A stretch of 64,000 nt of DNA from Octopus sinensis. Its lineage: Eukaryota. The notes below the pieces were generated by a model. That model was not told the DNA's origin and did not search any database. It was given only the letters and a program-made list of their open reading frames with translations. Position 1 is the first letter of the stretch. The number at the start of each line of letters is the position of its first letter. Shown piece after piece: positions 51,995 to 64,000 of the stretch. A program made the position numbers and the translations under genes. The stretch lies in contig NC_043013.1 of the NCBI RefSeq assembly GCF_006345805.1, forward strand, positions 8,432,001 to 8,496,000, given 5' to 3'.

Positions 51995-52044
51995 TGTATG
52001 TATGTATGTATATCTATATATATATATATATATAATATATATCA

Positions 52045-53283
52045 CAGGTCATTAAGAATGAAATTTTCAATTTTCATATGCACCAAGTTTGAGACAGCTG
52101 TTAACTCTAATGTTTTATCCTGACAATTCTTTGTTTTACGGCATTGAAGAGTTACATCATCACTTTTCAAATTGCAATTCATGATGTCTTATTATATCAT
52201 GAGTTTTCTCTTATAAATCAATTTTTGTGAACCCATGGATAGATAAGAAATTCACGTTGTTTATGAATATGAGTTCTGTCATGGAACCAATGCATTCCAG
52301 AGAGCTCAAAATACCACTGAGGTGTTTGGTGACGATGTGGCGAATGAGTATGCTGTACGTTGATGGTTTGAGAAGTTCTGGTCTGGTGACTTTACTCTTG
52401 AAAATCAGCCCCTAGGTAGACCGGAGAGCAAGATGGATAATAATGAGCTGGAAACTGTAGTGGAAGCAGACACATCTCAAACTATGCATGAGTTAGCAGC
52501 AAGGTTTGATGTTTCAATTCCAACTGTATTGGACCATCTGAAACAAATCAGCAAGGTAAAACATCTGGACAAGTAAGTACCACACGAATTGAACAAGCAT
52601 CAAATAACACGTAGTCTTGAAACTTGCTGTTCTTTGCTGCCATGGCATAAAAGTGAGCCATTTTTGCATCGTAACAGCAAGCATTCAGCATGGTGGTTGG
52701 ATAGAGATGAAGTGCCAAAACACAATCCAAAAATGAACATTCGTCAATGGTGTCTGTTTGGTGGTCCAGCACTGGTGTCATCCACTACAGCTTCATGAGA
52801 TCTGGTATGCCAACTACAGTCGATGTATACATCAACCAATTGGATGAAATGTTGAGTGAACTTGCAATTAAACAATCAAGATTGAAAAATAGAGACAGGC
52901 TAATTCTCTTGCAAGATAATGCTCAACCACATGTTGCACAAACAACGCTACTCAAGTTACAGGAACTGAACTTGGAAGTACTCTGTCATCCACCATATTC
53001 ACCAGACCTTACACCAACAGACTATACTGTTCTCCAGGCATTAGACAACTTTTTGCAAGGAAAAATATTCAAATCTGAAGAAGATGCAAAAACAGCCTTT
53101 CATGATTTCATCACCTTTTGCTCTCCAGAATTATTTGCTGTCAGCATAAATAAGCTACCAATAAAATGGCAAAATTATGTTGATAATTTAGGTGCATACT
53201 TTGTTTAACTGCACAGCTATTTGTTGAAATAAAGTAAAATAAACTTTCAGTTCAAAATTGGACATTTCATCCTTAATGACCTG
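52045..53283 (+). mobile_element. Near full-length degenerate mariner, Hsmar1/cecropia-like
   Basis: TIR CAGGTCATTAAG(A/G)ATGAAAT at both ends; pseudo-transposase 52235..53208 with HLKQISKVKHLDK*VPHEL, WLDRDEVPKH, LLQDNAQPHVA, HPPYSPDLTPTDY. Confidence 0.9.
52235..53208 (+). pseudogene. Mariner transposase pseudogene (stops, frameshift, first catalytic D segment deleted)
   Basis: FLHRN is joined directly to SKHSAWWLD, lacking the IVTCDEKWILYD-type motif. Confidence 0.85.
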
Positions 53284-53318
<35 letters not shown>

Positions 53319-53756
53319 GTGTACTGTTCTACTATTGGCAGGTTCAACAAAAAATTATGCCATTCAGTGAGAAATTCATATCATTTAATAAACAAAGGAA
53401 TTAAGTGTGAGCTACGATAAGTTTCATGCTCTGATAGCACAGAAGTTGAATGAACTTCTGTTTGTGCCATTTGATATACTGAAATTTTTCAGGCTTGCGA
53501 CCGAAAGTCCAACAATACCCCAGACACCATAAAGTAGAACAATGTTGAGTTGCAGGCTTTGTATAGCTGAGAAAACCCATATCCTTTTTAAATCCAAGAA
53601 CTTCATTGAGCAGAGATTTTCACAAAATGCAAGCACCTTGCAAATTTCTATTATCAAAATGAAGAACACCACCCTCTCAAATTAGACACTCAGTCTCTCA
53701 AACTTAAACATTTTCCTGTCAAATGAACTATACCAACTCATGTTAATTCCTATTTT

Positions 53757-54146
53757 GTGGAGGTGCAATGGCCCAGTGGTTAGGGCAGTGGACTCGCGGT
53801 CATAGGATCACGGTTTCGATTCCCAGACCGGGCGTTGTGAGTGTTTATTGAGCGAAAACACCTAAAGCTCCACGAGGCTCCGGCAGGGGATGGTGGTGAT
53901 CCCTGCTGTACTCTTTCACCACAACTTACTCTCACTCTTACTTCCTGTTTCTGTTGTACCTGTATTTCAAAGGGCCGGCCTTGTCACTCTCTGTGTCACG
54001 CTGAATATCCCCGAGAACTACGTTAAGGGTGCACGTGTCTGTGGAGTGCTCAGCCACTTACACGTTAATTTCACGAGTAGGCTGTTCCGTTGATTCGGAT
54101 CAACCGGAACCCTCATCGTCGTAACCGACGGAGTGCTTCCATCCCA
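53757..54146 (+). mobile_element. SINE C
   Basis: Perfect 12-bp TSD AATTCCTATTTT (53745-56, 54147-58); Pol III A/B-like boxes. Confidence 0.9.
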
Positions 54147-54521
54147 AATTCCTATTTTAATAGAGCAAAAGGATGCAGTTCTTAATTTCCTTCCCTTTTT
54201 TGTTTCTCCTTTTCCATTTACTCTTTCTATTGTTTGTTCTCATTCTCTCTTGATTTTTCTGAGAGAGGAGCTGTGTTTGGTTTTGAATCTGAAAGATTGT
54301 ATTGTGTCTTTGAAAAAACCACTTCATTGCACACAGCCCCGTTTCACTCAGCTGTAATTGGATGACCCTGTGACAGACTGACTTTGCATTCAGAAGGAAT
54401 GTTGCTCTGCCCACCTTACAAGCAGAGGTGCATCATTTGAAAGTTACAACTATACAAGAATGTGCCTTATCACAACATCTGATTATCTGGTGAATATGAT
54501 GATACGCTGATATATACATAC

Positions 54522-54574
<53 letters not shown>

Positions 54575-54577
<3 letters not shown>

Positions 54578-54785
54578 TAATCCAAACAAGAAAACAAAAA
54601 AACACAACAACGCAAGGACGTGGAACAAATGAAGTATTATTGGACGCTCAGGAAAGAAGGGAAGAAGGAGAGTTTAACGTTTCGAGCGGAGCTCTTCGTC
54701 GGAAACATAGGAGAAGGAGAGATCCCGAGAAGGGAAGACAGAGGAAAAAAAAAAATCGCCAGTGGTACTCACGAGGTCACATATT
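54575..54785 (-). mobile_element. Repeat P1 with hammerhead-like motif (54672..54706)
   Basis: Homologous to 4629..4840; (TA)n on both sides. Confidence 0.6.
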
Positions 54786-54792
54786 GAAAGGT

Positions 54793-54838
<46 letters not shown>

Positions 54839-54924
54839 AATGCCAGCATGGAAGTGGACGTTAACAATGATGATGGTCATGATGATCATATATATATATA
54901 ATATATATATATATATACATAAGA

Positions 54925-55152
54925 GTGGCAAGCTGGCAGAATCGTTAGCACACCGGGTGAAATGCTTAGCAGTATTTCATTTGCCGTTACGTTCTGAGTT
55001 CAAATTCCACGAAGGTTGAATTTGCCTTTCATCCTTTCGGAGTCAATTAAATAAGTACCAGTTATGCACTGGAGTCGATGTGATCGACTTAATCCCTTTG
55101 TCTGTCCTAGTTTGCCTTCTCTGTGTTTATCCCCCTGTGAGCAATAAAGAAA
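54925..55152 (+). mobile_element. SINE A
   Basis: Family similarity. Confidence 0.85.
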
Positions 55153-55232
55153 TATATATGTGTATATATATATATATATGTATGTATGTATATATATATA
55201 TATACAGGTGAGTTAAGTTATGTATATATATA

Positions 55233-55262
<30 letters not shown>

Positions 55263-55263
<1 letters not shown>

Positions 55264-55597
55264 CATCATCATCATCATCATCATCGTTTCGCGTCCGCTT
55301 TCCATGCTAGCATGGGTTGGACGGTTCAACTGGGGTCTGGGAAGCCCGAAGGCTGCACCAGGCCTAGTTTGATCTGGCAATGTTTCTACGGCTGGATGCC
55401 CTTCCTAACACCAACCACTCCATGAGTGTAGTGGGTGCTTTTTACGTGCCACTGGCACAGGTGCCAGACGAGTCTGGCAAACGGCCACGATCGGATGGTG
55501 CTTTTTATGTGCCACCAGTATGAGGCCAGTCGGGGCGGCGCTGGCAACGGCCACGAACGGATGGTGGTGCCAGACGAGTCTGGTAAACGTCTGGCAC

Positions 55598-55600
<3 letters not shown>
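55263..55600 (-). mobile_element. RTE 3' tail
   Basis: (CAT)n + subrepeats. Confidence 0.75.
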
Positions 55601-55629
<29 letters not shown>

Positions 55630-55638
55630 CTATATATA

Positions 55639-55981
55639 TAGGGGTTGAACAAAATAATGGAAACACCTAGCATCATAGCATCATTATTTTGACATATCTA
55701 TAAAACTGTCAAAAGCTTGTTTACTTTTATGTTTTTTTTTTATTTATTATTAGTTGCTTAATATATTTTGCTAAAATTGCTGTTTCTTTACAGATATCAT
55801 CAGAAAAAGGTAATTAAAATTCATTAAAATGACAGATCAGAGAGGTCAAATTGTTGGTGCTTATATGGCAGGTGCTAGCACAATGAAAACAGAGGAAATG
55901 TTTGGTGTACCAAGAAGTATTGTCTCGAAAGAAATGACAGCCTTTGAGAAAGAGGGAAAAACCTCCTCGTCGAAACAAAAC
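55639..55981 (+). mobile_element. 5' fragment of a Tc1-like transposon
   Basis: TIR-like aggggttgaacaaaataatggaaacacc; ATG 55829 MTDQRGQIVGAYMAGASTMKTEEMFGVPRSIVSKEMTAFEKEGKTSSSKQN (paired-like HTH). Confidence 0.8.
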
Positions 55982-56004
55982 ATATATATATATATGTATG
56001 TATG

Positions 56005-56243
56005 TAACACCATCCGAGCATGGCCGTTCGCCAGCCTCGTCTGGCACCTGTGTTGGTGGCACATAAAAAGCACCCACTACACTCATGGAGTGGTTGGCGT
56101 TAGGAAGGGCATCCAGCTGTAGAAACACTGCCAGATCTGACTGGCCTGGTGCAGCCTTCGAGCTTCCCAGACCCCAGTTGAACCATCCAACCCATGCTAG
56201 CATGGAAAGTGGACGTTAAACGATGATGATGATGATGATGATG
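56005..56243 (+). mobile_element. RTE 3' tail, fused to a SINE B 3' half (to ~56470)
   Basis: Subrepeat + (GAT)n then gtgtgtctatgtttgtcccc... Confidence 0.75.
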
Positions 56244-56899
56244 TATGTATGTGTGTGTATATGTTTGTGTGTCTATGTTTGTCCCCCCAACATCGCTTGA
56301 CAACAGATGCTAGTGTGTTTACTTCCCTGTAACTTAGCGGTTTGGCAACAAAGACCGACAGATTAAGTGCTAGGCTTACAAAGAATAAGTCCTGGGGTCA
56401 ATTTGCTTGACTAAAGGCGGTGCTCCAACATGGCCACAGTCACATGACTGAAACAAGTAAAAGAGTAAAGAGCAAAGAGAGAGAGAGAGAGAGAGAGTAC
56501 ATTTGACCAAATAATTTGTATGCTACAGGGTTAAATAAAGTCTTTTGCATCACCTCAGATCTTCCCTTAGTCTTTTTCCAATGATTATCTCATTAGAAAC
56601 ACGTAACCAAATTGTAAATATATCATGAATAAATAAATGTCTAGTCAGTTACCTAATACTTTATCAACTCAATCAACACACTCTCGTGATGCTCATTAAT
56701 ACATCAGTAGAAAATTGGTGGCTTAATTAAAAGAACATTTTAACAGGAAATAGAAGAATCTTAGGAAATATACTGACAAAGTCATCTCTTGTTACATATA
56801 GATGCAGCATGTGGAAAAGATCATTTAATAGCTTCCTCATGCACAACGTTGATGGACAATTAGCAGAAATAAAAGGTCTATGAAAAATAGATCCAATTT

Positions 56900-57700
56900 T
56901 TTCAGTATGTAATGTCTTTCATGAAATTAAATATTCATAGGAATATGGTGAAAATATAGATTTTATTTAAGCTCATCAAACTCCCACGTCTAATAAAACT
57001 AAGGCATTTTAAAATATGCTGTCAATGAAAACAACTATTTTTATATTCCCTGACATAGCATTACCATGAATAAATTATGAAGGTTTTATTGGCACTAAAC
57101 TTTCTTGTCAAATTAAGATTCTTGGAGGAGAGCCAAGAGTTCTATTAAATTGTGTAAAGAGGAATTTGGTTACTTGGGCCTCAAGGGAAAGTAACACAAT
57201 AAACAAACAAAAGAAAATCCCAAAAATGTTAGGAATACATGGAAAATCTATAGAAATACCAATAAAAGCTAAATAAATTGACATTTATGATGAAAAGGAT
57301 GGAACTGAAAACAATGCTAAGCAATAAGTCATTTCTGGTATCTTAGATCAGATAAAATCTTGCTAGATTTCCCAGTCTACTTTCTAATGATTTAGTTGTT
57401 CTCAAAATCTTGATTAGTAGTATTTGGTAGAGTAATCACTAACACGTCATCAGGCAATAAATCTTTGTCAATGCAGTTTCATGCTACGATGATGCATAGA
57501 ATTCAGAAGATTCGAAGATAAGAGAACATCTACAGCTAACACTGTACCATTAATAAATATGAAGATATCTCATAATATTATCTTAGTTATACCCATCTTC
57601 TACTTAAATATCAAATCTAATATTGCTAAAAACATTTGAGCCTTAATAAATATACATTTCTCAATTAACCAATTATGGCAAATTATTCAATAGAAATAAC
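56900..57700 (+). pseudogene. Possible very old CR1/L2-like reverse transcriptase relic
   Basis: Patchy motifs in expected order (GF..., LGIHGK, VISGI, NDL, YDD) across several frames; weak. Confidence 0.3.
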
Positions 57701-58004
57701 CTTAAACAGAGTTACAGCTGTATCACCATTATGGAAAATATAACAAGCCAATCAACTAAATTAGCTGAAGTTAATTGCACTTGCAACAACACAAGTGCAT
57801 GTCTCCACTGATCGGTCAATAACAGAAAAATCATTTAACAGAAATAACCATGAAATTAATGACAGCTGTAACACAAATGTGAATAACACAACAAACAAAT
57901 CAAGGAAATCAATTGAGGTTCACTGAACTTGTAAAAGTACAATTTGATGTTACCTTAATCAGTAAACCCTCAAGAAATTCCTTTCTCACTCATGACTTGT
58001 GACT

Positions 58005-58397
58005 CTTTACTCTTTTACTCTTTTACTTGTTTCAGTCATTTGACTGTGGCCATGCTGGAGCACTGCCTTTAGTCGAGCAAATCGACCCCAGGACTCATTC
58101 TTTTGTAAGCCCAGTATTTATTCTATCCGTCTCTTTTTGCCGAACCGCTAAGTGACGGGGACGTAAACACACCAGCATCGGTTGTCAAGCAATGCTAGGG
58201 GGACAAACACAGACACACAAACACACACATACATATACATAGGACAGGCTTCTTTCAGTTTCCATCTACCAAATCTACTCACAAGGCATTGGTCAGCCCG
58301 GGGCTATAGCAGAAGACACTTGCCCAAGATGCCACACAGTGGGACTGAACCCGGCACCATGTAGTTGGTTAGTAAGCAACTTACCACACAGCCACTC
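58005..58397 (-). mobile_element. SINE B
   Basis: Family similarity. Confidence 0.85.
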
Positions 58398-59231
58398 CAG
58401 CAACTGTTTAAGATAAACATCAACTGCATCGATTTCACCTGCTTTAGGGGACCTGTGAAGGGTCTGGAAACTGCTCCTTTCTTCAGACAGGTTTACTGTG
58501 TAAAAAATATTTAAATCGCGTTTAAGATATGTTGATTAATATTGATTCACTGCTAAAAGAAAAGAAAATAACTATGAGGTAGCTTTTATGCTAAAAATAA
58601 AGTGACAAGATACAAATTAGAATACTATCAGCTAAATTGTCCAGTTCTTATTAATTGAACCATTCATACTCTTCTGCGACCAAAACAAACAAATTAATGT
58701 GTTGCAAAACATTTTGCTATTGCCAAGATAAACAGAAAATTGGCAACAGAATCTGTTTTATGCTAAGTATCCATATAGTTTACAAGCTTCAAATGCAGAT
58801 GTCATACAAATTAATTAATGGCTGTATTAAGTCTAGCCACTTACATGGTGGTGGGAAAAGAAAGATTTCACACGTTGTTTTTCACACATCAAAACAACTT
58901 CTGAGGCAAAGCTCAGTCTGCTAGAAATAACAGCCAAAATATCCTTCAACTTATACTCTGTTGTTTTAAAGGGGTGCCAAAGACATGATGATGATCATCA
59001 TCATCATCAGCATCATCATTGTCTTCATCGTCATCATCATCATCATCGTCATCGTCATCGTCGTCGTCGTCATCGTTGTAATCATCATCATTTAAGATCC
59101 ATGACGAATGCAGTTATGGGTTGGATGGTTTGACAGGACCCACCGGGCTCAAGGTCTGCCTTGTACTCCAGTGTCTAATTTGGCATGGCTTCTATGGTTG
59201 GATGCCCTTCATAATGCCAACCACTTTACAT

Positions 59232-59515
59232 GTGGAGGCATATGGCCTAGTGGTTAGAGCAGCGGACTCACGGTCGAGGGATCGCGAGTTCCAATCTCAG
59301 ACTGGGTAATGTGTGTGTTTACGAGCAAAACACCTAAAATCCACACAGCTCTGGCAGAAGGTAATGGCAAACATCTGCTGACTCTTTCGCCACAAATTCT
59401 CTCACTCTTTCCTCCTGCATCTTGCAGCTCACCTGCGATGGACCGGCGTCCCGTCCAGGTGGGGAACCTACATGCCAAGAAACCGGGTAACCGGCCCTTA
59501 TGAGCCAGGCATAAA
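59232..59515 (+). mobile_element. SINE D (3' end slightly truncated)
   Basis: Matches 63046..63346. Confidence 0.8.
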
Positions 59516-59889
59516 CAACCACTTAACAACATGTACTGGGAGCATTTTTCTCATACAGGTAACACTTAATTGGTTACCATGGAGTTCACAAAACTACAAG
59601 TTGCAAAGGAGGCAGTTTTACATAAAGAGTAGAGAGGAGTAAAGTATGAGTGAAAAAAAGGCCAGAACAGAACAGGTTTCATGGCTACTCACATTTTATA
59701 AGATAGAGTTGGGGTGATCGAGTGGAGCTGGAAAAGGATAATAATAAAAGAGTAATTTCTCCTTGAAAATAATTACTGGATCACTGACTCGGGAATGAAA
59801 TTTGTATAGGGGGTGCAAACCCAGGTCCAAAATATTTTGCAGACAAGGTCTTGCTGTTTTTCTTTTCCTTATTTTTGTTCTTTGTTCTT

Positions 59890-60262
59890 TGTTCCTGATG
59901 CCAGCGCTGCCTTGACTGGCTTCTGTGCTGGTGGCATGTAAAAAGCACCAACCAATCGTGGTCGTTGCCAGCCTACCCTGGCACCTAAAAAGCACCATCC
60001 GTATGTGGCCGATGCCAGCACCGCCTTGACTGGCTTCCATGTCGGTGGCATGTAAAAAGCGCCAATCGATCGTGGCTGTTGCCAGCCTCCCCTGGCACCT
60101 GTGCCAGTGGTACATAAAAAGCACCCACTACACTACAGCATCCAGCTGTAGAAACTCTGCCAGATCAGACTGGAGCCTGGTGCAGCCTCCTGGCTTCCCA
60201 GACCTCAGTCAAACCGTCTAACCCATGCTAGCATGAAAAACGGACGTTAAACGATGATGATG
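59890..60262 (+). mobile_element. RTE 3' tail with three subrepeat units
   Basis: gtggcatgtaaaaagc-acc units, (GAT)n end. Confidence 0.75.
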
Positions 60263-61074
60263 TTCTTTGAGAAGAAACCTAACTTGAAGCTACTTTTTAC
60301 AGATCACATTTTACACACTTTTTCTGAAACCTGAGAAAAGTAAACAGGGGTACAAATTTTGATTTTGCATCTGCACCAAAATTTTAGGAGGTGTGCTTGC
60401 CTCCTGCACTTGCATCTCTTGCACTCTCTGTTCCCAGGCCCAGGTGCAACATAAAAGTTAGAAAAGAGATTAGCAGGGTTTTTTGTTGTTGTTCTCATTG
60501 TTGTTTCGTATGGTGTCTCTCTGACATTCAGATAAACCTTTGAGATCATCTTGATGTATGCCTTGGCACTACCATTACGATTTGTTTCATATGTCCATAT
60601 TTCCAAAGCAGTGCTGGATTGATCATCAAACAAAAACAAGCATGTGTTTAGGACATCAAGGGAAGGAAAGGACACCACAGAAATAGTAAATGGTTTACTG
60701 TACAAAAGAAATCACTTTAAACTTGCTAAAATAATATTCAAAGAGGTTTATATGATTGGAAATATAATTTCAAAGTGTACATAGTGAGGATTTGATCAAA
60801 GAGTAGGAGAAAATTTTTTCAAATATGTATAAATTAGAAGTGTACAAGAATAAACATTGTTTTCTATCTTACTCTTAGTCTTGTTTCATTTTGAAAAATA
60901 AAAATTTTTTTTATGGTTTATTGTTGTTTATATTTTGAATTAGGAGTGGCTGTGTGGTAAGTAGCTTGCTTACCAACCACATGGTTCTGAGTGGTACCTT
61001 GGGCAAGTGTCTTCTACTATAGCCTCGGACCAACCAAAGCCTTGTGAGTGGATTTGGTAGACAGAAGCCTGTCG

Positions 61075-61120
<46 letters not shown>

Positions 61121-61764
61121 ATATGTTTGTGTGTCTGTGTTTACGTCCCCGTAACTTAGCGGTTCGGCAAAAGAGACCGATAGACTCAGACTCAGTAGTG
61201 TAGAGGATGAGGGATAAAGGTAGCCTACTCCAGTTGATGCTTTTATAGGGGAAGAACTTTGGGGTTTGCTGTATAAGCCTGTATTGTGTTGGGGGTCTAG
61301 TGGGGGGAAGCAGTGGCAACAAATTCAAGGGCTGCCCTGAACAGTACATTCTCTGTCTAACATCACTGGACATGCTAAGCACATAAAGGATTTGTGATAA
61401 CTTTATCAATGCAGATTAGCTGCTATTCTTTAATAGCACGAGTACCGTAGGACTGCTGGATCAGTTCTGACTCAATAACTACAAGTTTGCTGTAGTTTGC
61501 TAGATACTTGCTGACCTGAGGCAACCCAACAACAACTGTGTGCCGTAGGACGGGTGGATTTCAGTCAAGGGCTACACAACAGCTACCCGTGTGTCATCAG
61601 TTTGCAGGATCAAAATTGATTAAGGTCTACACCAGTAATTCTCAATCCCTTTTTTGCTTATGGATCCCTTCAATTACTATCCTACTTTACTGGACCCTCA
61701 TACCCATTCAAAATTTTTTTAAAATCCTATCATATTTTTATAATTAAATATTATTAGGAATTAT

Positions 61765-62160
61765 TCTTTTACTTGTTTCAGTCATTTGACTGTGGCTATG
61801 CTGGAGCACCACCTTAAAGTGGTTTTTAGTCAAAGAAATCGACCCTAGAATTTATTCTTTGTAAGCCTGGTACTTATTTTATCAATCTCTTTTGCCAAAC
61901 TGTTAAGTTACGGGGACATGAACACACTAGCATCAGATGTCACGTGACAGTGGGGGGGGGACAAATGCAGACATACGCACACACACAAATATATACATAT
62001 ACATGTATATATACGACGGGCTTCTTTCAGTGTCCATCTACCAAACCCTCTCACAAGGCTCTGGTCAGTCCAAGGTTATAGTAGAAGACACTTGCCCAAG
62101 GTGTCACGCAGTGGGACTGAACCCGGAACCATGTGGTTGGAAAGTAAGCTTTTTATCACA
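61765..62160 (-). mobile_element. SINE B
   Basis: Family similarity. Confidence 0.8.
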
Positions 62161-62442
62161 CATAAAAAAAAAGTTTAATATTTTGTGTATTATAGAAGTA
62201 AGACCAATTTCAGGCACATAATTTTTAACGACAAAAACTTATATAGGCCCCTAAGGATCATATGAACCCTAGCTGAGAACCACTGGTCAACACAATAACA
62301 ACTACATTTGTCCCATAATGTCTACTAGATTAGGGATCCCTAGGGGCCACAAAACCACAGCTACGTAATTACTTTGGAAAGGCTGCTCAAAGAACCGATT
62401 TATTTAACAAAGTATAAGACTGCGTTTTGTTCAAGTAGTTAA

Positions 62443-62664
62443 CCCTTTCGTTACTGTATTTATTTTGAGATGTTCTTTGTTTCTTTCACTTAATTTTAAA
62501 TATGACAAAGAATTTGATAAAATAACTTAGTTATCATTAAGCTAGTGTTAGGAACATAAATTGTAACTAAGGTTTGGTAGAAGATTTTAATTCAGAACGT
62601 ATGAAAACAAGACATCTGTACTAAAGAACCAGGGCCGGTTTCAGCCAAATTGGTATCAAAAGGA
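62443..62664 (+). mobile_element. piggyBac-type TTAA MITE
   Basis: TTAA 62439-42 and 62665-68; homologous to 34724..34943. Confidence 0.85.
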
Positions 62665-63045
62665 TTAAATAGGCTCAGAATGTAAGGGACTCTTTTGACA
62701 AAATAGTTGAATGGATAAGATATTGAACTACAAGCAGCAAACGGGGAAAGAGAGAGAGCCTATATCTGGATGCTTGACCTGCTAGAAATGACCACTAAAT
62801 GTGTCTAAAAACTAATAGTACGACTAACTGAGAAAAAATTAGTACTGCATATCAATTTATAACAAGAATATAACTAGAAGTATGTAGTACTATTTAGACT
62901 CTCGTAAAAAAAAGAAGATATTGAACTACCAGTAACAAACGGGACAAGAGAGACCCTATTACTTGATCGACTGGAAATAATCACCAGATGTTTCTTTCTG
63001 ACATGTACTATATCAGAAAGAAATAGTACTACCTACTAATTCCTT

Positions 63046-63346
63046 GTGGAGGCACATGGCCTAGTGGTTAGAGCAGCGGACCTCGCGGTCGAGGGATCTC
63101 GGGTTCGAATCTCAGACCGGACAATGTGTGTGTTTATGAGCGAAACACCTAAACTCCACGAGGCTCCGGCCGAAGGTAATGGCGAAACTTCTGCTGACTC
63201 TTTCGCAACAACTTTCACTCTTTCCTCCTGAATCTTGCAGCTCACCTGCGATGGACCGGCATCCCGTCCAGGTGGGGAACCTATACGCCAAGACACCTGG
63301 AAAACTGGCCCTTATGAGCCAGGCATGGCTCGAGAAGGAACAAACA
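63046..63346 (+). mobile_element. SINE D, full length
   Basis: Perfect 11-bp TSD ACTAATTCCTT; A box TGGCCTAGTGG, B box GGTTCGAATC; (AAC)-type tail. Confidence 0.9.
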
Positions 63347-63379
63347 ACTAATTCCTTTTTAGAATATAATGAAAACTAA

Positions 63380-63606
63380 GGCAATCTTTCGTCTCTAGTA
63401 GACCTTTCCGTCGATTTCCGTAAAAAAATTTTTTTTTTACATATGGGCTTGCGGGAACTTTTGAAGTAATATACATACATATACACATACACCGAGTAAA
63501 AAATTTCACTTATCTCTTTCTTTCACACATTACTCTGTCTCTTCACACACACTAACAGAAGCACTTCACTTACACAACATACTGTCTGTCTCCCACACCC
63601 CATCAA

Positions 63607-63637
<31 letters not shown>

Positions 63638-63825
63638 CATCAATGCTTCCATGCACGGTAACTTCAAAAGAACTTCCCTCGTCATACAATCGCTTTCTCT
63701 TAGTCTCTTTCGCTCTCATTATTTCAAAAGTTCCCGCAAGCCCATATGTAAAAAACGACGGAAATCGACGGAAAGGTCTACTAGAGACGAAAGATTGCCG
63801 AAAAGGCGATCGACGAAAGATTGCC
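63380..63825. mobile_element. Mutator/MULE-type MITE with ~90-bp TIRs
   Basis: 9-bp TSD GAAAACTAA (63371-79, 63826-34); outer 42 bp of the TIR perfect (GGCAATCTTTCGTCTCTAGTAG...). Confidence 0.82.
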
Positions 63826-64000
63826 GAAAACTAATAGTACAACATTCACCCTCGGAAAAAGAAAAAAAAAGAGATAGCTGGCTAAACCGGCAACTCCTTT
63901 GAAAATAGGCCTGTTGAGTAGTAAGTACTAATCTGAGATTTTCTCAATATACGTCTGGTGGAGAGATGTAGCGGGAATAAAGGACATTGCTGTCTTTTTT

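Noticed and set aside
60304-60705. 133-aa minus-strand ORF with a Cys/Lys-rich end
   Set aside because: No recognisable domain, splice context or repeat homology; compatible with chance. A BLASTp/tBLASTn hit would reopen it.
63046-63125. tRNA gene (also at 53757, 59232, 38430-38500)
   Set aside because: A/B boxes are present, but they continue into SINE bodies flanked by TSDs; these are SINE heads.

Overview
This is eukaryotic, very AT-rich, repeat-dense genomic DNA. It is most likely an octopus or other coleoid cephalopod, inferred from the SINE/MITE/LINE repertoire and (TA)n load, not from a database search. The only host gene I can support is the 3' part of a type I diacylglycerol kinase (DGKA/B/G-like) on the + strand. 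It has 10 phase-consistent GT-AG coding exons from 2128 to the stop at 18037-18039 (1045 nt, about 347 aa of catalytic plus accessory domain); the N-terminal exons lie upstream of the window. A CAG|GTATGG donor 10 nt after the stop, followed by a repeat-poor 22.75-33 kb block, suggests a 3'UTR intron and a very long terminal exon. The rest is mobile DNA: several tRNA-derived SINE families with shuffled modules, an RTE LINE 3' end and its truncated tails, Tx1-like and R4/Dong-like LINE relics, two mariner remnants, a Tc1 fragment, a Tc2/pogo-like MITE, TTAA (piggyBac-type) MITEs, a 9-bp-TSD Mutator-type MITE, two non-autonomous Helitrons, a foldback hairpin and a ~48-bp minisatellite. The most notable signal is seven hammerhead-ribozyme-like motifs in short Penelope-like repeats. 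One canonical-core type I hammerhead (50240-50315) sits in the loop of a perfect 92-bp inverted repeat. Almost all ORFs in the supplied track are microsatellite or repeat artefacts. No CRISPR, rRNA or genuine tRNA gene was found. Repeat boundaries without a TSD or TIR are approximate, and all alignments were done by eye.
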